Part shown: positions 1-9,681 of the stretch, one piece after another | How positions within the stretch are numbered: position 1 is the first letter of the stretch | How the letters are laid out: every line of letters begins with the position of its first letter | Source: an uncultured Bacilli bacterium | GTDB lineage: Bacteria; Bacillota_I; Bacilli_A; RF39; UBA660 | Reading direction: 5' to 3' | DNA: 60,212 nucleotides | Assembly (NCBI GenBank): GCA_910579535.1 | Contig: CAJTUR010000004.1 | Location: 1 to 60,212 of the forward strand | Position numbers and translations under genes: made by a program | The notes under the pieces: generated by a model | Databases searched by the model: none | What the model was told of the DNA's origin: nothing | The model's input: the letters and a program-made list of their open reading frames with translations, nothing else

Positions 1-52
1 AGATGAAACAATCGTGTTTGTATTTTGATATATCTATTCCAACATATATCAT
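1..52 (-). mobile_element. N-terminal end of an IS110-family (DEDD) transposase gene, truncated by the window edge
   Basis: Reverse complement of 1-70 = CCAAGGAGGTGC ATG TAT ATG ATA TAT GTT GGA ATA GAT ATA TCA AAA TAC AAA CAC GAT TGT TTC ATC, i.e. (MY)MIYVGIDISKYKHDCFI. The VGIDxSK motif at the extreme N-terminus is the hallmark of IS110-family transposases. GGAGG at 62-66. Only ~17 codons are visible; it is absent from the ORF track because it runs off the window. Confidence 0.6.
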
Positions 53-58
53 ATACAT

Positions 59-300
59 GCACCTCCTTGGTTAGTTTTTTAATGCCTGTATGTTTGCCAC
101 AAAAGCTTTCTATCTTGTAACCTCGCTGAACCTATAAAACGTCGTAATGCGTTAACTAACTAATCAACAATGAAAATAAAAAGTCTGTGGTAAGAGCCTT
201 TCTAAACAGTCAAAGCTGTAGAAATAAAAAAACAAATCCACAGGCAAGAGTTATTATAACTCAAAATATAAATAGAAAGGATCAATCAAATAGATTAATA
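59..300 (-). ncRNA. candidate IS110 5' non-coding end (where IS110-group elements encode their bridge/guide RNA); boundaries unknown
   Basis: About 270 nt without a credible ORF between the transposase start and trxA. Complementary segments CTGTGG 185-190 / CCACAG 238-243 enclose a nested hairpin ACAG 206-209 / CTGT 216-219. Function is inferred from position only. Confidence 0.25.
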
Positions 301-335
301 ATTTCTATAAGATTGATTATACGAGGAATAAAAAA

Positions 336-629
336 ATGATAAAATATTTAGAAAAAGAAAATTTAACCGATTTAGTAAAAGAGGGAATACACATCGTTGA
401 TTTCTACGCCGATTGGTGTGGCCCTTGTAAGATGCTAGGAAGCGTTTTAGAAAATATGGAAGAAGTAAACATTATAAAAATAAACACCGATACTCACCAA
501 GAATTAGCAAGTGAATATGGGATTATGAGTATTCCAACTCTAATCTTTTTTAAAGACGGAAAAGAAATCAGAAAAGAAATTGGCTTTAAAGATGAAGAAC
601 AACTAAGAAACATCCTAGAAACCTTATAA
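336..629 (+). CDS. trxA: thioredoxin
   Basis: 97 aa with the WCGPC active site (FYADWCGPCKM) and thioredoxin length; GAGGA upstream of the ATG. Confidence 0.9.
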   Translation: MIKYLEKENLTDLVKEGIHIVDFYADWCGPCKMLGSVLENMEEVNIIKINTDTHQELASEYGIMSIPTLIFFKDGKEIRKEIGFKDEEQLRNILETL

Positions 630-654
630 GATAGCAAAAACTATCTTTTTCTTT
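629..654 (+). terminator. weak rho-independent terminator after trxA
   Basis: AGATAG 629-634 / CTATCT 641-646 hairpin followed by a T-run. Confidence 0.4.
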
Positions 655-1097
655 ACATAAAGTGAAAAGATAAGTATATAACTTTAGGTGAAAGGGTATG
701 GCGTTAAATGAAAAGCAAAAAAATGAAAAGAAAATATTTTTCTTAAGACATGGAGAAAATTGTGATAAAGTTTATAAATTTCCATCTATTCCTGAAGGAA
801 AAACGAAACATTATTATAAAACTCCTTATGAAAATGCCCGAAATAAATTATTAAATTATTAGAAAGAACATCAAAGTTTAGAACAGAAAAAAGCACTTTT
901 TATACGCAAAAGTTACCCAAACTGAATTAAAAGCGAATCTATTTACAAAATTTTCACAAATTTATCAATCTGTTTTAACGGAAGTTAATTATCATTAAAA
1001 TATGTGAAAAGAAAATAATATTTGCCATGATAAAATCGTTCTAAATCTATTGTTTTTTGCATAAAAAAAGAGTATAGTAAACAAAAGGAAGTGAATT

Positions 1098-1523
1098 ATG
1101 GATTTATGGATTCTTTGGTTAATTGTTGTTATTTTCTTATCTATAGCTGAAGTAAGTACTCTAAATCTAGTCTCAATATGGTTTATAATAAGTGGAATCA
1201 TATCACTCATAGCTTCATTCTTTATTGAAAATTTCTTTATTCAATTTGCCATATTTGTAATACTTGGAATACTACTTTTAATAACCACTAGAAAAATATT
1301 AGAAAAAACACTAAAACCAAAATCAGAAAAAACCAATTTAGATCGTGTGATTGGTATGACCGCAATTGTCACAAATCCTATAAGTAAAAATCATATAGGA
1401 GAAGTAAAAGTGGACGGAAAACATTGGAGTGCCATTTCAGATGAAAAATTGGAAAAAGACGACGAAGCCGTTGTAGAAAAAATCGACGGAGTAAAATTAA
1501 TGGTTAGAAAGAAGGAAGTTTAA
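1098..1523 (+). CDS. NfeD-family membrane protein
   Basis: 141 aa with N-terminal TM helices plus a C-terminal soluble OB-like part (GEVKVDGKHWSA). The stop lies 1 nt before the SPFH gene, the classic NfeD-SPFH pair. Confidence 0.8.
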   Translation: MDLWILWLIVVIFLSIAEVSTLNLVSIWFIISGIISLIASFFIENFFIQFAIFVILGILLLITTRKILEKTLKPKSEKTNLDRVIGMTAIVTNPISKNHIGEVKVDGKHWSAISDEKLEKDDEAVVEKIDGVKLMVRKKEV

Positions 1524-1524
1524 T

Positions 1525-2418
1525 ATGCCATTTTTAATTGCTATTTTAATAATTGTTATTATCATTGTTATCCCTTGTGTAAAAGTCGTTCCACAAGCGA
1601 AAACATATGTAATCGAAAGACTAGGTTCTTATTATACGACTTGGAAAAATGGGTTACATTTTAAAATCCCATTTGTAGATCGTGTAGCGAATCAAGTAAG
1701 TTTAAAAGAAATTGTTAAAGACTTTGCACCTCAACCTGTAATTACTAAAGATAATGTAACAATGCAAATCGATACAGTGGTTTATTTTCAAATCACCGAT
1801 GCTAAACTTTATACGTATGGGGTAGAATACCCAATTAGTGCTATTGAAAATTTAACAGCCACCACTTTAAGAAATATTATTGGAGAATTAGAACTGGACC
1901 AAACATTAACATCAAGAGATATTATAAACTCAAAAATGCGTTCTATTTTAGACGAAGCAACAGACCCTTGGGGAATTAAAGTCAATCGTGTCGAAGTAAA
2001 AAATATTTTGCCACCCAAAGACATTCAAGAAGCCATGGAAAAACAAATGCGTGCTGAACGCGAAAGAAGAGAAAAAATTCTTCAAGCTGAAGGAGAAAAG
2101 AAATCAAGTGTTTTAATCGCTGAAGGAGAAAAAGAAAGTGCTATTCTTCGTGCCGAAGCTGAAAAAGAATCAAAAATAAAAAGAGCTGAAGGAGAAGCTG
2201 AAGCCATGCTTAAAATTAAAACCGCAGAAGCTGAAGGAATTAAACTTTTAAAAGATGCGAAAGCAGATAGTTCTGTATTAACTTTAAAAAGTTATGAAAC
2301 CTTATCAAATATGGCTAATGGTCAGGCCACTAAAATTATTGTACCAAGTGATTTACAAGGTGTGGCTACATTTGGAACCGCTATAAAAGAAGTAATGAAT
2401 GATAAAAATAACAAATAA
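1525..2418 (+). CDS. SPFH/band-7 (stomatin/prohibitin-like) membrane protein
   Basis: 297 aa with an N-terminal TM helix, a band-7 core (VITKDNVTMQIDTVVYFQI ... LRNIIGELELDQ) and a Glu/Ala/Lys-rich coiled-coil tail. Confidence 0.9.
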   Translation: MPFLIAILIIVIIIVIPCVKVVPQAKTYVIERLGSYYTTWKNGLHFKIPFVDRVANQVSLKEIVKDFAPQPVITKDNVTMQIDTVVYFQITDAKLYTYGVEYPISAIENLTATTLRNIIGELELDQTLTSRDIINSKMRSILDEATDPWGIKVNRVEVKNILPPKDIQEAMEKQMRAERERREKILQAEGEKKSSVLIAEGEKESAILRAEAEKESKIKRAEGEAEAMLKIKTAEAEGIKLLKDAKADSSVLTLKSYETLSNMANGQATKIIVPSDLQGVATFGTAIKEVMNDKNNK

Positions 2419-2596
2419 CTATTATCAAGTTAAATAACGGTTAAGATTTTTAAAGACGCAACCTTAAGCAAGTAGAAAAATTTGTTTTTGGGCAGTGTCT
2501 TTTTTTATACTAAAATGTATTGAAATTAGTTATTAATGCCAAAATTTCGAGAAAAATGGTATAATGTGATTAATAAAAAATTATGGAGAAGTTTTT

Positions 2597-3261
2597 ATGG
2601 AAAATAAATACAAATTGTCCAGAGAACAAAACGTTTTCATAGCTAAAAGAAATATTGTAGATTATATTTGGAAAAGTGCTAATTTAGAAGGAATAGAAGT
2701 TACTTACTCAGAAACTCAAGCCATTTATGATGGTGGAATTGTAAATGGACTTACTGTCGATAATGTTATTGCTATCAATAATTTAAAATACGCTTGGCAA
2801 TTTATACTAGAAGAAGAGGATGTAAATAATGAATTTAAAGCAATAAGTTATTTACATAAATTAGTTTGTGATAAATTAGTGTTCGAAGAAAATCTTGGAA
2901 AAATAAGAACAACTCCTGTAAATATTGGAGAAACGAAATGGCAGCCCAGTTTTCCCATTGAAAGCCAAATAAAAGAAGAATTAGAAAGTCTATTAAATCA
3001 AAGTGAAAAACAAAAACAGAAATAGCTATTGAAATAATGTTATGGCTGATGAGAAGACAAATGTTTATTGATGGAAATAAACGAGTAGCAATGCTTTTTG
3101 CCAATAAAATAATGATTGAGAATGGTTGTGGCATACTTACTATTGCTCAAGACAATCAAACTTTGTTTTTAGAAATGTTAATTAACTATTATGAAACAGG
3201 AGATAATTCAGATTTAAAAAAATGGATTTATGAAACAAGTATTGATGGAATAAATTTATAA
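2597..3261 (+). pseudogene. Fic/Doc-family gene split by a frameshift, with a degenerate active-site motif
   Basis: ORF 2597-3025 has a Fic-type N-terminal part (ANLEGIEVTYSETQAIYDG). It stops at TAG 3023-3025 inside an A-rich run. The next frame is open from ~3013 and reads ...MRRQMFIDGNKRVAMLFAN, matching HxFx[DE]GN[GK]R with Q in place of the His (3058-3084). Confidence 0.6.
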
Positions 3262-3504
3262 GATAGAAAGATAAAAAATGGTCTATAATTTTAATTACCT
3301 TGAATGATTTGAATTTTGCTCTTGACAAATGGGGAGAAACTCTTCATAAGAGGGCTAAAGAAATAGAAAAAAATCGCTGAAAACGGTTTTTCTTTTGTTT
3401 TAATTTTAAAACAGGTAATTAATAAACCTTACACATTATTATAGAGTTATATAAAACTTAGTAGTATAATATTGATTATCATATTGTAAAAGGAGTAGTA
3501 AAAG

Positions 3505-4794
3505 ATGTTTAAAAAACAAAAATTAGTAGAAGCACCACTTGGTTATTGGGAAGAAAAATCTTATATGTTAGCCATACCCGAAAAAGAAGAAAATGATGAA
3601 ATTCTGAAAAAAAGTTTAGAGCGTATTGCAAGCATTAAAGGTGTTAAAATAAAAGAGGATCATTATGATCGTGAAAAAAATCTTTTTTATGTCACAATAA
3701 TTTATGAAAAAGAAGAATATGAAATTGGTTTTTATGTTGGGGACGTGTCTATTCCTAACTATTACTTAAACAAAAATTATCTTTTCAAAGAAGAAGAAAA
3801 AGAGCTTCTTTTAAATGCCAAAAGAGCGTTAACCCTATTTATGAAATTTCATGATCATCCTAAAAAAGATTATCATTTACAAATAAAATTAGCGTACGCA
3901 ATGGTTCCTGATTTAATTGGAGTAATGGATGAAAGTGCGGAAAAAGTGCTTCCTAAAAAGTGGGTAGAATTAAGTGCGAAATCTAGCGTAGAGCCAAGTG
4001 CTAAAGATTTATTCTTAGTTCAAGCCGTTTCTGAAGAAAAAGGAAGCGTTTGGCTTCATACTCATGGACTTTGTCGATGTGGCATCACTGAGTTAGAAAT
4101 ATTGGATTCAAAAAATGAGAACTATCAAAATCATTACAACTTAATTGCAACTTATGCGATGTATTTAATTGACAAAAAAAGCGAAGTTGATCCAAGAAAT
4201 AATGGGGCTTATATAGGACGCTTAATAAATGGCTATCCTGTAGTAGTCACTTGTAAATCATGGATAGAAGGATTAAAAGAATACAAAAAAATAGACTTGG
4301 GAGGAGAAAAAGACCGCCAATCGGGCCACAACAGTTGGACCAGTATCGTCTTTCTATACAAAAGTGAAAAAGATGAAGAAAAAGGCAAAGTCAGTAAAAT
4401 TACCGATTACGATCAATTATGGGGAGACAATCCAATCTTTTTTATCAGTAACGAAGAAACAAGTCGTATGAAAGCGCTTGCTATCGAACGATTTAATTAC
4501 GTAAAAGAAAGTTTTAAAAATAAAGAAAACAAGATTCTCATAAAAGTAGGGTTACCTTTAGAAGAAAAAGGCCAATTTGAACACATCTGGTTTGAACTTT
4601 TAGAATTAAAAGAAAACAAATTTAAAGCCAAGTTGACACAAGAACCCTATGATGTAAAAGATTTGCATACAGGAGATGAAGCATGGTATACGACTCAAGA
4701 AATCACCGATTGGATTATTTACACCAAAGACTTTGCTGTGAATCCAAATAACGCTTACCTTTTAGAAATAGAAAAAGAAACAAAAAGAAAGTAG
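3505..4794 (+). CDS. hypothetical cytoplasmic protein; C-terminal part resembles DUF2314 (YegJ-like)
   Basis: 429-aa ORF with AAGGAG RBS. The C-terminal FEHIWFELLELKENKFKAKLTQEPYDV...GDEAWYTTQEITDWIIY resembles DUF2314 from memory. Family assignment is tentative. Confidence 0.5.
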   Translation: MFKKQKLVEAPLGYWEEKSYMLAIPEKEENDEILKKSLERIASIKGVKIKEDHYDREKNLFYVTIIYEKEEYEIGFYVGDVSIPNYYLNKNYLFKEEEKELLLNAKRALTLFMKFHDHPKKDYHLQIKLAYAMVPDLIGVMDESAEKVLPKKWVELSAKSSVEPSAKDLFLVQAVSEEKGSVWLHTHGLCRCGITELEILDSKNENYQNHYNLIATYAMYLIDKKSEVDPRNNGAYIGRLINGYPVVVTCKSWIEGLKEYKKIDLGGEKDRQSGHNSWTSIVFLYKSEKDEEKGKVSKITDYDQLWGDNPIFFISNEETSRMKALAIERFNYVKESFKNKENKILIKVGLPLEEKGQFEHIWFELLELKENKFKAKLTQEPYDVKDLHTGDEAWYTTQEITDWIIYTKDFAVNPNNAYLLEIEKETKRK

Positions 4795-4801
4795 AAAAAG
4801 A

Positions 4802-5980
4802 ATGAACGAACTAAAATGCCCAAATTGCGGAGCACTATTTGAAGTCAACGAAACACACTATGAATCGATAGCTAAACAAATAAAAAACAATGAGTTTTTA
4901 AAAGAAGTAGAGTTAAAAGAAAGAGAATTTCAAAAAGAAAAAGAAAGCGCTATAAAACTAACAGAAATAACCCTTGAAAAAAAGTATTTAGAAGAATTAA
5001 ATAAAAAGACCCTTGAAATGAATGACCTCGAAAATCAAATCAAACAAAATAAAACAGAAAATGAACTTCGCATAAAAAATACCCTTTTTGAAAAAGAGGA
5101 GGAAATAGCTCATTTAAATAACGAATTACAATTAAAAACGAATGAATACCTATTAAAAGAGAAAAATTTAAAGGAAAGTTATGAAGAAAAAATAAAAGAT
5201 AAAGAAGAGCAAATTGCCTATTATAAAGAATTTAAAGCCAAACAATCGACAAAAATGATTGGAGAATCATTAGAACTTCATTGTAGCAATGAATTTAACA
5301 AATTACGTCCTCTATTTAAAAACGCTTATTTTGAAAAAGACAACAACGTGAAAACAGGTTCCAAAGGAGATTTTATATATCGGGATTACGATGATGAAGG
5401 ATTAGAATTCGTCTCAATCATGTTTGAAATGAAAAACGAAGCCGATGAAACCAGTACCAAACATAAAAATGAAGATTTCTTAAAAGAATTAGACAAAGAC
5501 CGTAAAGAAAAGAAATGTGAATACGCGGTATTAGTTTCGCTTCTTGAAATTGAAAACGATTATTATAATAATGGAATTGTTGACGTTTCCCATAAATATG
5601 AAAAAATGTATGTCATTAGACCTCAATTTTTTATACCCTTAATTACGCTGATAAGAGGCTTAGCCATTCATGCCTTAGACTATAAAAAAGAATTGGAAAT
5701 CGTGAAAAATCAAAATTTAGATATTGCCCATTTTGAAGAAAACATGAATGCTTTTAAAGAAGGCTTTGGTCGAAACTATCGTTTAGCTAGTGATAAATTT
5801 AAAAAAGCTATTGAGGAAATCGACAAAACCATTGACCACTTACAGAAAACAAAAGAAGCCTTATTATCGAGTGAAAATAATCTTCGGTTAGCTAATAATA
5901 AAGCTGAAGACCTAAGCATTAAAAAATTAACACATAATAGTGAAACCATGAAAGAATTATTTGAAAAATTAAAACAATAA
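4802..5980 (+). CDS. DUF2130-family protein (N-terminal zinc-ribbon-like motif, long coiled coil)
   Basis: 392 aa. The N-terminus MNELKCPNCGALFEVNETHYESIAKQIKNNEF plus a coiled coil and C-terminal globular part matches my recollection of DUF2130. Confidence 0.7.
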   Translation: MNELKCPNCGALFEVNETHYESIAKQIKNNEFLKEVELKEREFQKEKESAIKLTEITLEKKYLEELNKKTLEMNDLENQIKQNKTENELRIKNTLFEKEEEIAHLNNELQLKTNEYLLKEKNLKESYEEKIKDKEEQIAYYKEFKAKQSTKMIGESLELHCSNEFNKLRPLFKNAYFEKDNNVKTGSKGDFIYRDYDDEGLEFVSIMFEMKNEADETSTKHKNEDFLKELDKDRKEKKCEYAVLVSLLEIENDYYNNGIVDVSHKYEKMYVIRPQFFIPLITLIRGLAIHALDYKKELEIVKNQNLDIAHFEENMNAFKEGFGRNYRLASDKFKKAIEEIDKTIDHLQKTKEALLSSENNLRLANNKAEDLSIKKLTHNSETMKELFEKLKQ

Positions 5981-6009
5981 AAAATTCCGTTTGCAATAAA
6001 CGGAATTTT
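5981..6009. terminator. bidirectional rho-independent terminator
   Basis: Perfect 12-bp hairpin AAAATTCCGTTT 5981-5992 / AAACGGAATTTT 5998-6009, flanked by A-run and T-run, between convergent genes. Confidence 0.85.
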
Positions 6010-6014
6010 TTTAC

Positions 6015-7268
6015 TTAAGCTTGATTAGGAATAAATTCAAACAACTGATTTAAATCGCCAAAAAGTGACGCATTTTCAAGAATAAAACTTTGAAAAGTCT
6101 CATGACTCATAAATTTCTCAAGTGAAGCATTTAAATCTTCATTGATAAAGTCTTCAAGTTCAATAATCGGTGTTATCTTTTCTTTTGTAATGGTTCCTTC
6201 TGTTTGATAAGAAAAATCAATTTGAATTGAACCATGAAGGTCGTCATCCATTTCTAATAAAAACGAATAAACTTGATTCTCTATTTTTAGCGAAACCGTT
6301 CCTGTTTTCGTTTGACCATCGTTCTTAATAAAATAGTGATAAGCCTTTTCATTCTCTTCAATAAGTTGAATTGAATCATTATTTTCTTTTAATTCAATAC
6401 CTAAAAAGTCATGACTAAAAGGTTTGGTATAAATTGAAATAAAACTCGTTCCTGAATAATCTTTAATAAAATCATCCACATTAAACTCATTTAATGACGT
6501 TCTAAAATCATTTTCATCCATTTGAATAAGACGACTCATACTCTTTACAAAATCCTCATTCTTCATTTTTTCCACAAGAACTAATAGAATGGCTTTAGTA
6601 TTTTTATCATCTAAAACCAAACTATTTTTATTCGCTGTAATCGTTTTTCCTTGATAAGGAATTTTTTCAGTTTCTACTTTAAAATAGTCTTTCTTTAAAG
6701 CCTGTAATAAAGCTTCTTCCAACGTATTTAACACAATCTCTAAATCACTTTTATAATTTTTTAAACCCTCAAGATTGAATGTGTCCATTTGTTCTTCCAT
6801 AGGAACATGAATGTATTGGTCATAGAAATTTTTTAACTGAATGTAAGCCTCTTTGTTTTCCATATACAGAAGAAAACGAATCAAATCTTTACCATTATAG
6901 TTTATGCCAAATGCTCCATCTAGCGCTTTCTTATCAAAGTCATAAGCGTATTGATAATCAAAATCCATTTTGTTCAACACATTTAAAAATGTCTCTAATT
7001 CACTATTTTGACTATGAAGATTGGTTTTAATGTTAAATTGACTTCCAAAAAAGGTAAAATCCTCTGGAGTACTTTGAGATTGTTTTAGTAGTAAAGCTTT
7101 AGATTCTTTTAGAACCGTATCAAATACTTTTTCAGGGTCACCTTTCTTAAACTTGAATGCAACTAGACCAACGAGTAACGTAGCCATAAAAAGAAACCCG
7201 AAGGTAAAGAAAAGGACTTTTTTCTTAGAATGAGCAAGTTCATTCCCTTGTTCCATTTTATTATCCAT
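6015..7268 (-). CDS. membrane-anchored hypothetical protein (single N-terminal TM, large extracytoplasmic domain)
   Basis: 417-aa ORF; TM segment VLFFTFGFLFMATLLVGLVAF; GGAG RBS at 7274-7277; no motif I recognise. Confidence 0.6.
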   Translation of the reverse strand: MDNKMEQGNELAHSKKKVLFFTFGFLFMATLLVGLVAFKFKKGDPEKVFDTVLKESKALLLKQSQSTPEDFTFFGSQFNIKTNLHSQNSELETFLNVLNKMDFDYQYAYDFDKKALDGAFGINYNGKDLIRFLLYMENKEAYIQLKNFYDQYIHVPMEEQMDTFNLEGLKNYKSDLEIVLNTLEEALLQALKKDYFKVETEKIPYQGKTITANKNSLVLDDKNTKAILLVLVEKMKNEDFVKSMSRLIQMDENDFRTSLNEFNVDDFIKDYSGTSFISIYTKPFSHDFLGIELKENNDSIQLIEENEKAYHYFIKNDGQTKTGTVSLKIENQVYSFLLEMDDDLHGSIQIDFSYQTEGTITKEKITPIIELEDFINEDLNASLEKFMSHETFQSFILENASLFGDLNQLFEFIPNQA

Positions 7269-7403
7269 AAACTCAACTCCTTAATATACTTGGATATATT
7301 ACTATCATAGCATAAATAAAGAAAAATTTTCGTTATTTCATTAAATTTTTTCTAAAAAATGTTTTTAATCTCAAATTTTGTTATAATGAAAAAGGTGATG
7401 ACA

Positions 7404-9578
7404 ATGTTTGTAGAAGTTCTTCTAGAATTAAAAAACAAAAAAACAGACCAAACCTTCACTTATGAAGTGCCTAAAGAATTAGAAAAAGAAGTGACCATTG
7501 GCAAAAGAGTAGAAATTCCTTTTAATAAAAGAACATTAGAAGGATTTATTTTAGCTTTTAATCCAAACCCTCAAAAAGAATACACCATTCAAAAAATTAC
7601 GAAAATAATAGACGAAGAAGTTGTTTTAAATGAAGAATTAATAACCCTTGCTAAATACATAAAAGACAGCTGTCTAACGTCTTTATCTAGTGCGATAAGT
7701 GTCATGCTTCCTACCGCTCTAAAAGCAAGCATTAAAACGAGTGTAAATAAAAAATACCAAACTTTATTAAAGATAGAAAAAAAAGAGGTAGGTCATTTAA
7801 TTAAAACTAAATCTCAACAAGAAATTATAGAATACATAAAAAGTACCCCTAAACCTTTAAAAAAAGAAGCCAACTTACTATCGGCTTCGAGTGTTAAAAC
7901 GCTTTTAAAAAAAGGAATAATTAGTGAATACGAAGAAGAAATTTACCGCTTAGATGAACTAAGTGTACTAAACGACTCGAAAAAAAAATTAAATGAAGAA
8001 CAACAAATTGTTTTTGACACATTAAAAGAAAATTTAAACACCAATAAAAAATTTTTACTTCATGGGGTCACTGGTTCTGGAAAAACCGAAATCTATATGC
8101 AAATCATAGAAGAAGTTTTAAAAAGAAAACAAACAGGTTTAATTCTTGTTCCTGAAATTAGTCTAACCCCTCAATTCATCAGAAACTTTAAAGCACGTTT
8201 TGACCACATCGCTGTTTTACATAGTGGCCTATCAGATGGCGAAAAATATGACGAATGGCGTAAAATTATTAGAAACGAAGTAAAAATTGTGATAGGGGCA
8301 CGAAGTGCTATCTTTGCTCCATTAAAAAACTTAGGCCTAATTATTGTTGATGAAGAACACTCCGATTCCTATAAACAAGAAAACAACCCAAGATACAACG
8401 CCATTGACATTGCGGAATGGAAAAGCGATTATCATAACATTCCCTTAGTATTAGGAAGTGCAACGCCCACTCTAGAAAAAATGGCAAGAGCCTCTAAAAA
8501 TCGATATCATCTCTTAAAACTAAACCATCGAGTAAATAAAGGGCCACTCCCTACTTGTGAAATTGTGGATATGGCAAGGGAAATAAAAAAGGGGAATCAT
8601 TACTTTAGTGAAGCTTTAAAAACCGAAATTGAAGCCGCTATCAGTCGAAATGAACAAATCATTCTTCTTTTAAATCGTAGGGGGTTTTCTACAACCATTA
8701 CTTGTGGAAACTGTGGTTTTACTTATAAATGCCCACACTGTGATATCACTTTAACGTATCATAAGACAAGTAACGCTTTAAGATGCCATTATTGTGGATA
8801 CAAAATACTAAAAAAAGAAAGGTGCCCGAATTGCAAAGAAACACTTGATTTTTATGGAGTAGGGACAGAAAAAGTGGAAGAACTTTTAAATAAAGAATTT
8901 GAAGGAATTCGAGTGCTTAGAATGGATACAGACACCACACGACGTAAAAACAGTTACGATGAAATGATTCAGGCGTTTAAAAAACATGAATACGATATTT
9001 TATTAGGAACTCAAATGGTAAGTAAAGGTCATGACTTTCCTTTGGTCTCAGTAGTAGGGATATTGAATGCGGATACGACCTTAAACTTACCAGACTTTAG
9101 AAGTGGTGAAAGAACCTTTGATTTACTTTATCAAGCATCGGGGCGTGCAGGAAGAAAAGACACGTTAGGAACGGTCGTCTTACAAACCTTTAATAAAGAT
9201 AACTTTATTTTGAAGTGTGTAGCTGAACAAGATTACGATAAATTTTATAATTATGAAATGAGCATTCGAAAAAAACTAAAATACCCTCCATATTATTTTT
9301 TAGTTAGTCTTAAAATAACCAGTAAATCGTATGAAGAAGCAAGCAAAGAATCCATAAATACCGCCAATTTTTTAAGAAAAAATTTGAGTAACTCAACAAT
9401 TATTTTAGGACCCACCACCGCAAACATCTTTAAAGTAAACAACATTTATCGCTTTAATATTGTTATTAAATATCGGTTTGATGAAAAATTAAAACCCACT
9501 TTAAAAGAACTAGACAAACTATTTATTTTAAATAATAAAGTGAACTTAGAAATCGATTTTAATCCATTAAATATCTAA
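7404..9578 (+). CDS. priA: primosomal replication-restart helicase PriA
   Basis: Walker A GVTGSGKTE, DEEH box, Cys-rich insertion (CGNCG...CPHCD...CHYCG...CPNC). Start moved to ATG 7404 (MFVEVLLEL), which follows AAAGGTGA. Confidence 0.9.
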   Translation: MFVEVLLELKNKKTDQTFTYEVPKELEKEVTIGKRVEIPFNKRTLEGFILAFNPNPQKEYTIQKITKIIDEEVVLNEELITLAKYIKDSCLTSLSSAISVMLPTALKASIKTSVNKKYQTLLKIEKKEVGHLIKTKSQQEIIEYIKSTPKPLKKEANLLSASSVKTLLKKGIISEYEEEIYRLDELSVLNDSKKKLNEEQQIVFDTLKENLNTNKKFLLHGVTGSGKTEIYMQIIEEVLKRKQTGLILVPEISLTPQFIRNFKARFDHIAVLHSGLSDGEKYDEWRKIIRNEVKIVIGARSAIFAPLKNLGLIIVDEEHSDSYKQENNPRYNAIDIAEWKSDYHNIPLVLGSATPTLEKMARASKNRYHLLKLNHRVNKGPLPTCEIVDMAREIKKGNHYFSEALKTEIEAAISRNEQIILLLNRRGFSTTITCGNCGFTYKCPHCDITLTYHKTSNALRCHYCGYKILKKERCPNCKETLDFYGVGTEKVEELLNKEFEGIRVLRMDTDTTRRKNSYDEMIQAFKKHEYDILLGTQMVSKGHDFPLVSVVGILNADTTLNLPDFRSGERTFDLLYQASGRAGRKDTLGTVVLQTFNKDNFILKCVAEQDYDKFYNYEMSIRKKLKYPPYYFLVSLKITSKSYEEASKESINTANFLRKNLSNSTIILGPTTANIFKVNNIYRFNIVIKYRFDEKLKPTLKELDKLFILNNKVNLEIDFNPLNI

Positions 9579-9681
9579 AATGATCAAGATTCAATTATAA
9601 AACAAAAAAGGAAATGGACAAAAATAAGGATATAAAAAGATAAACTGTACTTTTTCTTTTTTTTTGGTAAAATTTTATTAG

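Noticed and set aside
698-862. 54-codon ORF (MALNEKQKNEKKIFFLRHGENCDKVYKFPSIPEGKTKHYYKTPYENARNKLLNY*) with a weak RBS between trxA and nfeD. The reading frame seems to continue after the stop.
   Set aside because: No recognisable family. It is possibly a gene remnant, and too little evidence exists to call it a feature.
995-1210. Short antisense or overlapping track ORFs. Examples: 995-1210(-), 1809-2024(-), 2835-3134(-), 11182-11364(-), 11412-11633(-), 13058-13582(-), 14472-14744(-), 15533-15957(-), 21737-21919(-), 22062-22319(-), 26739-28244(-), 29777-31100(-), 33130-33441(-), 33928-34164(-), 34628-34900(-), 35928-36152(-), 38961-39149(+), 40315-40557(-), 41496-41738(-), 43296-43481(-), 46321-46614(-), 48489-48671(-), 51568-52401(-), 53443-54119(-), 56096-57112(-).
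   Set aside because: Each lies inside, and antisense to, a longer ORF with clear family motifs. They have no RBS and low-complexity or hydrophobic translations typical of shadow ORFs in AT-rich DNA.
3297-3380. Open frame ...TLNDLNFALDKWGETLHKRAKEIEKNR* followed by a hairpin; looks like the C-terminal remnant of a lost gene.
   Set aside because: It has no start codon or upstream continuation and cannot be assigned.
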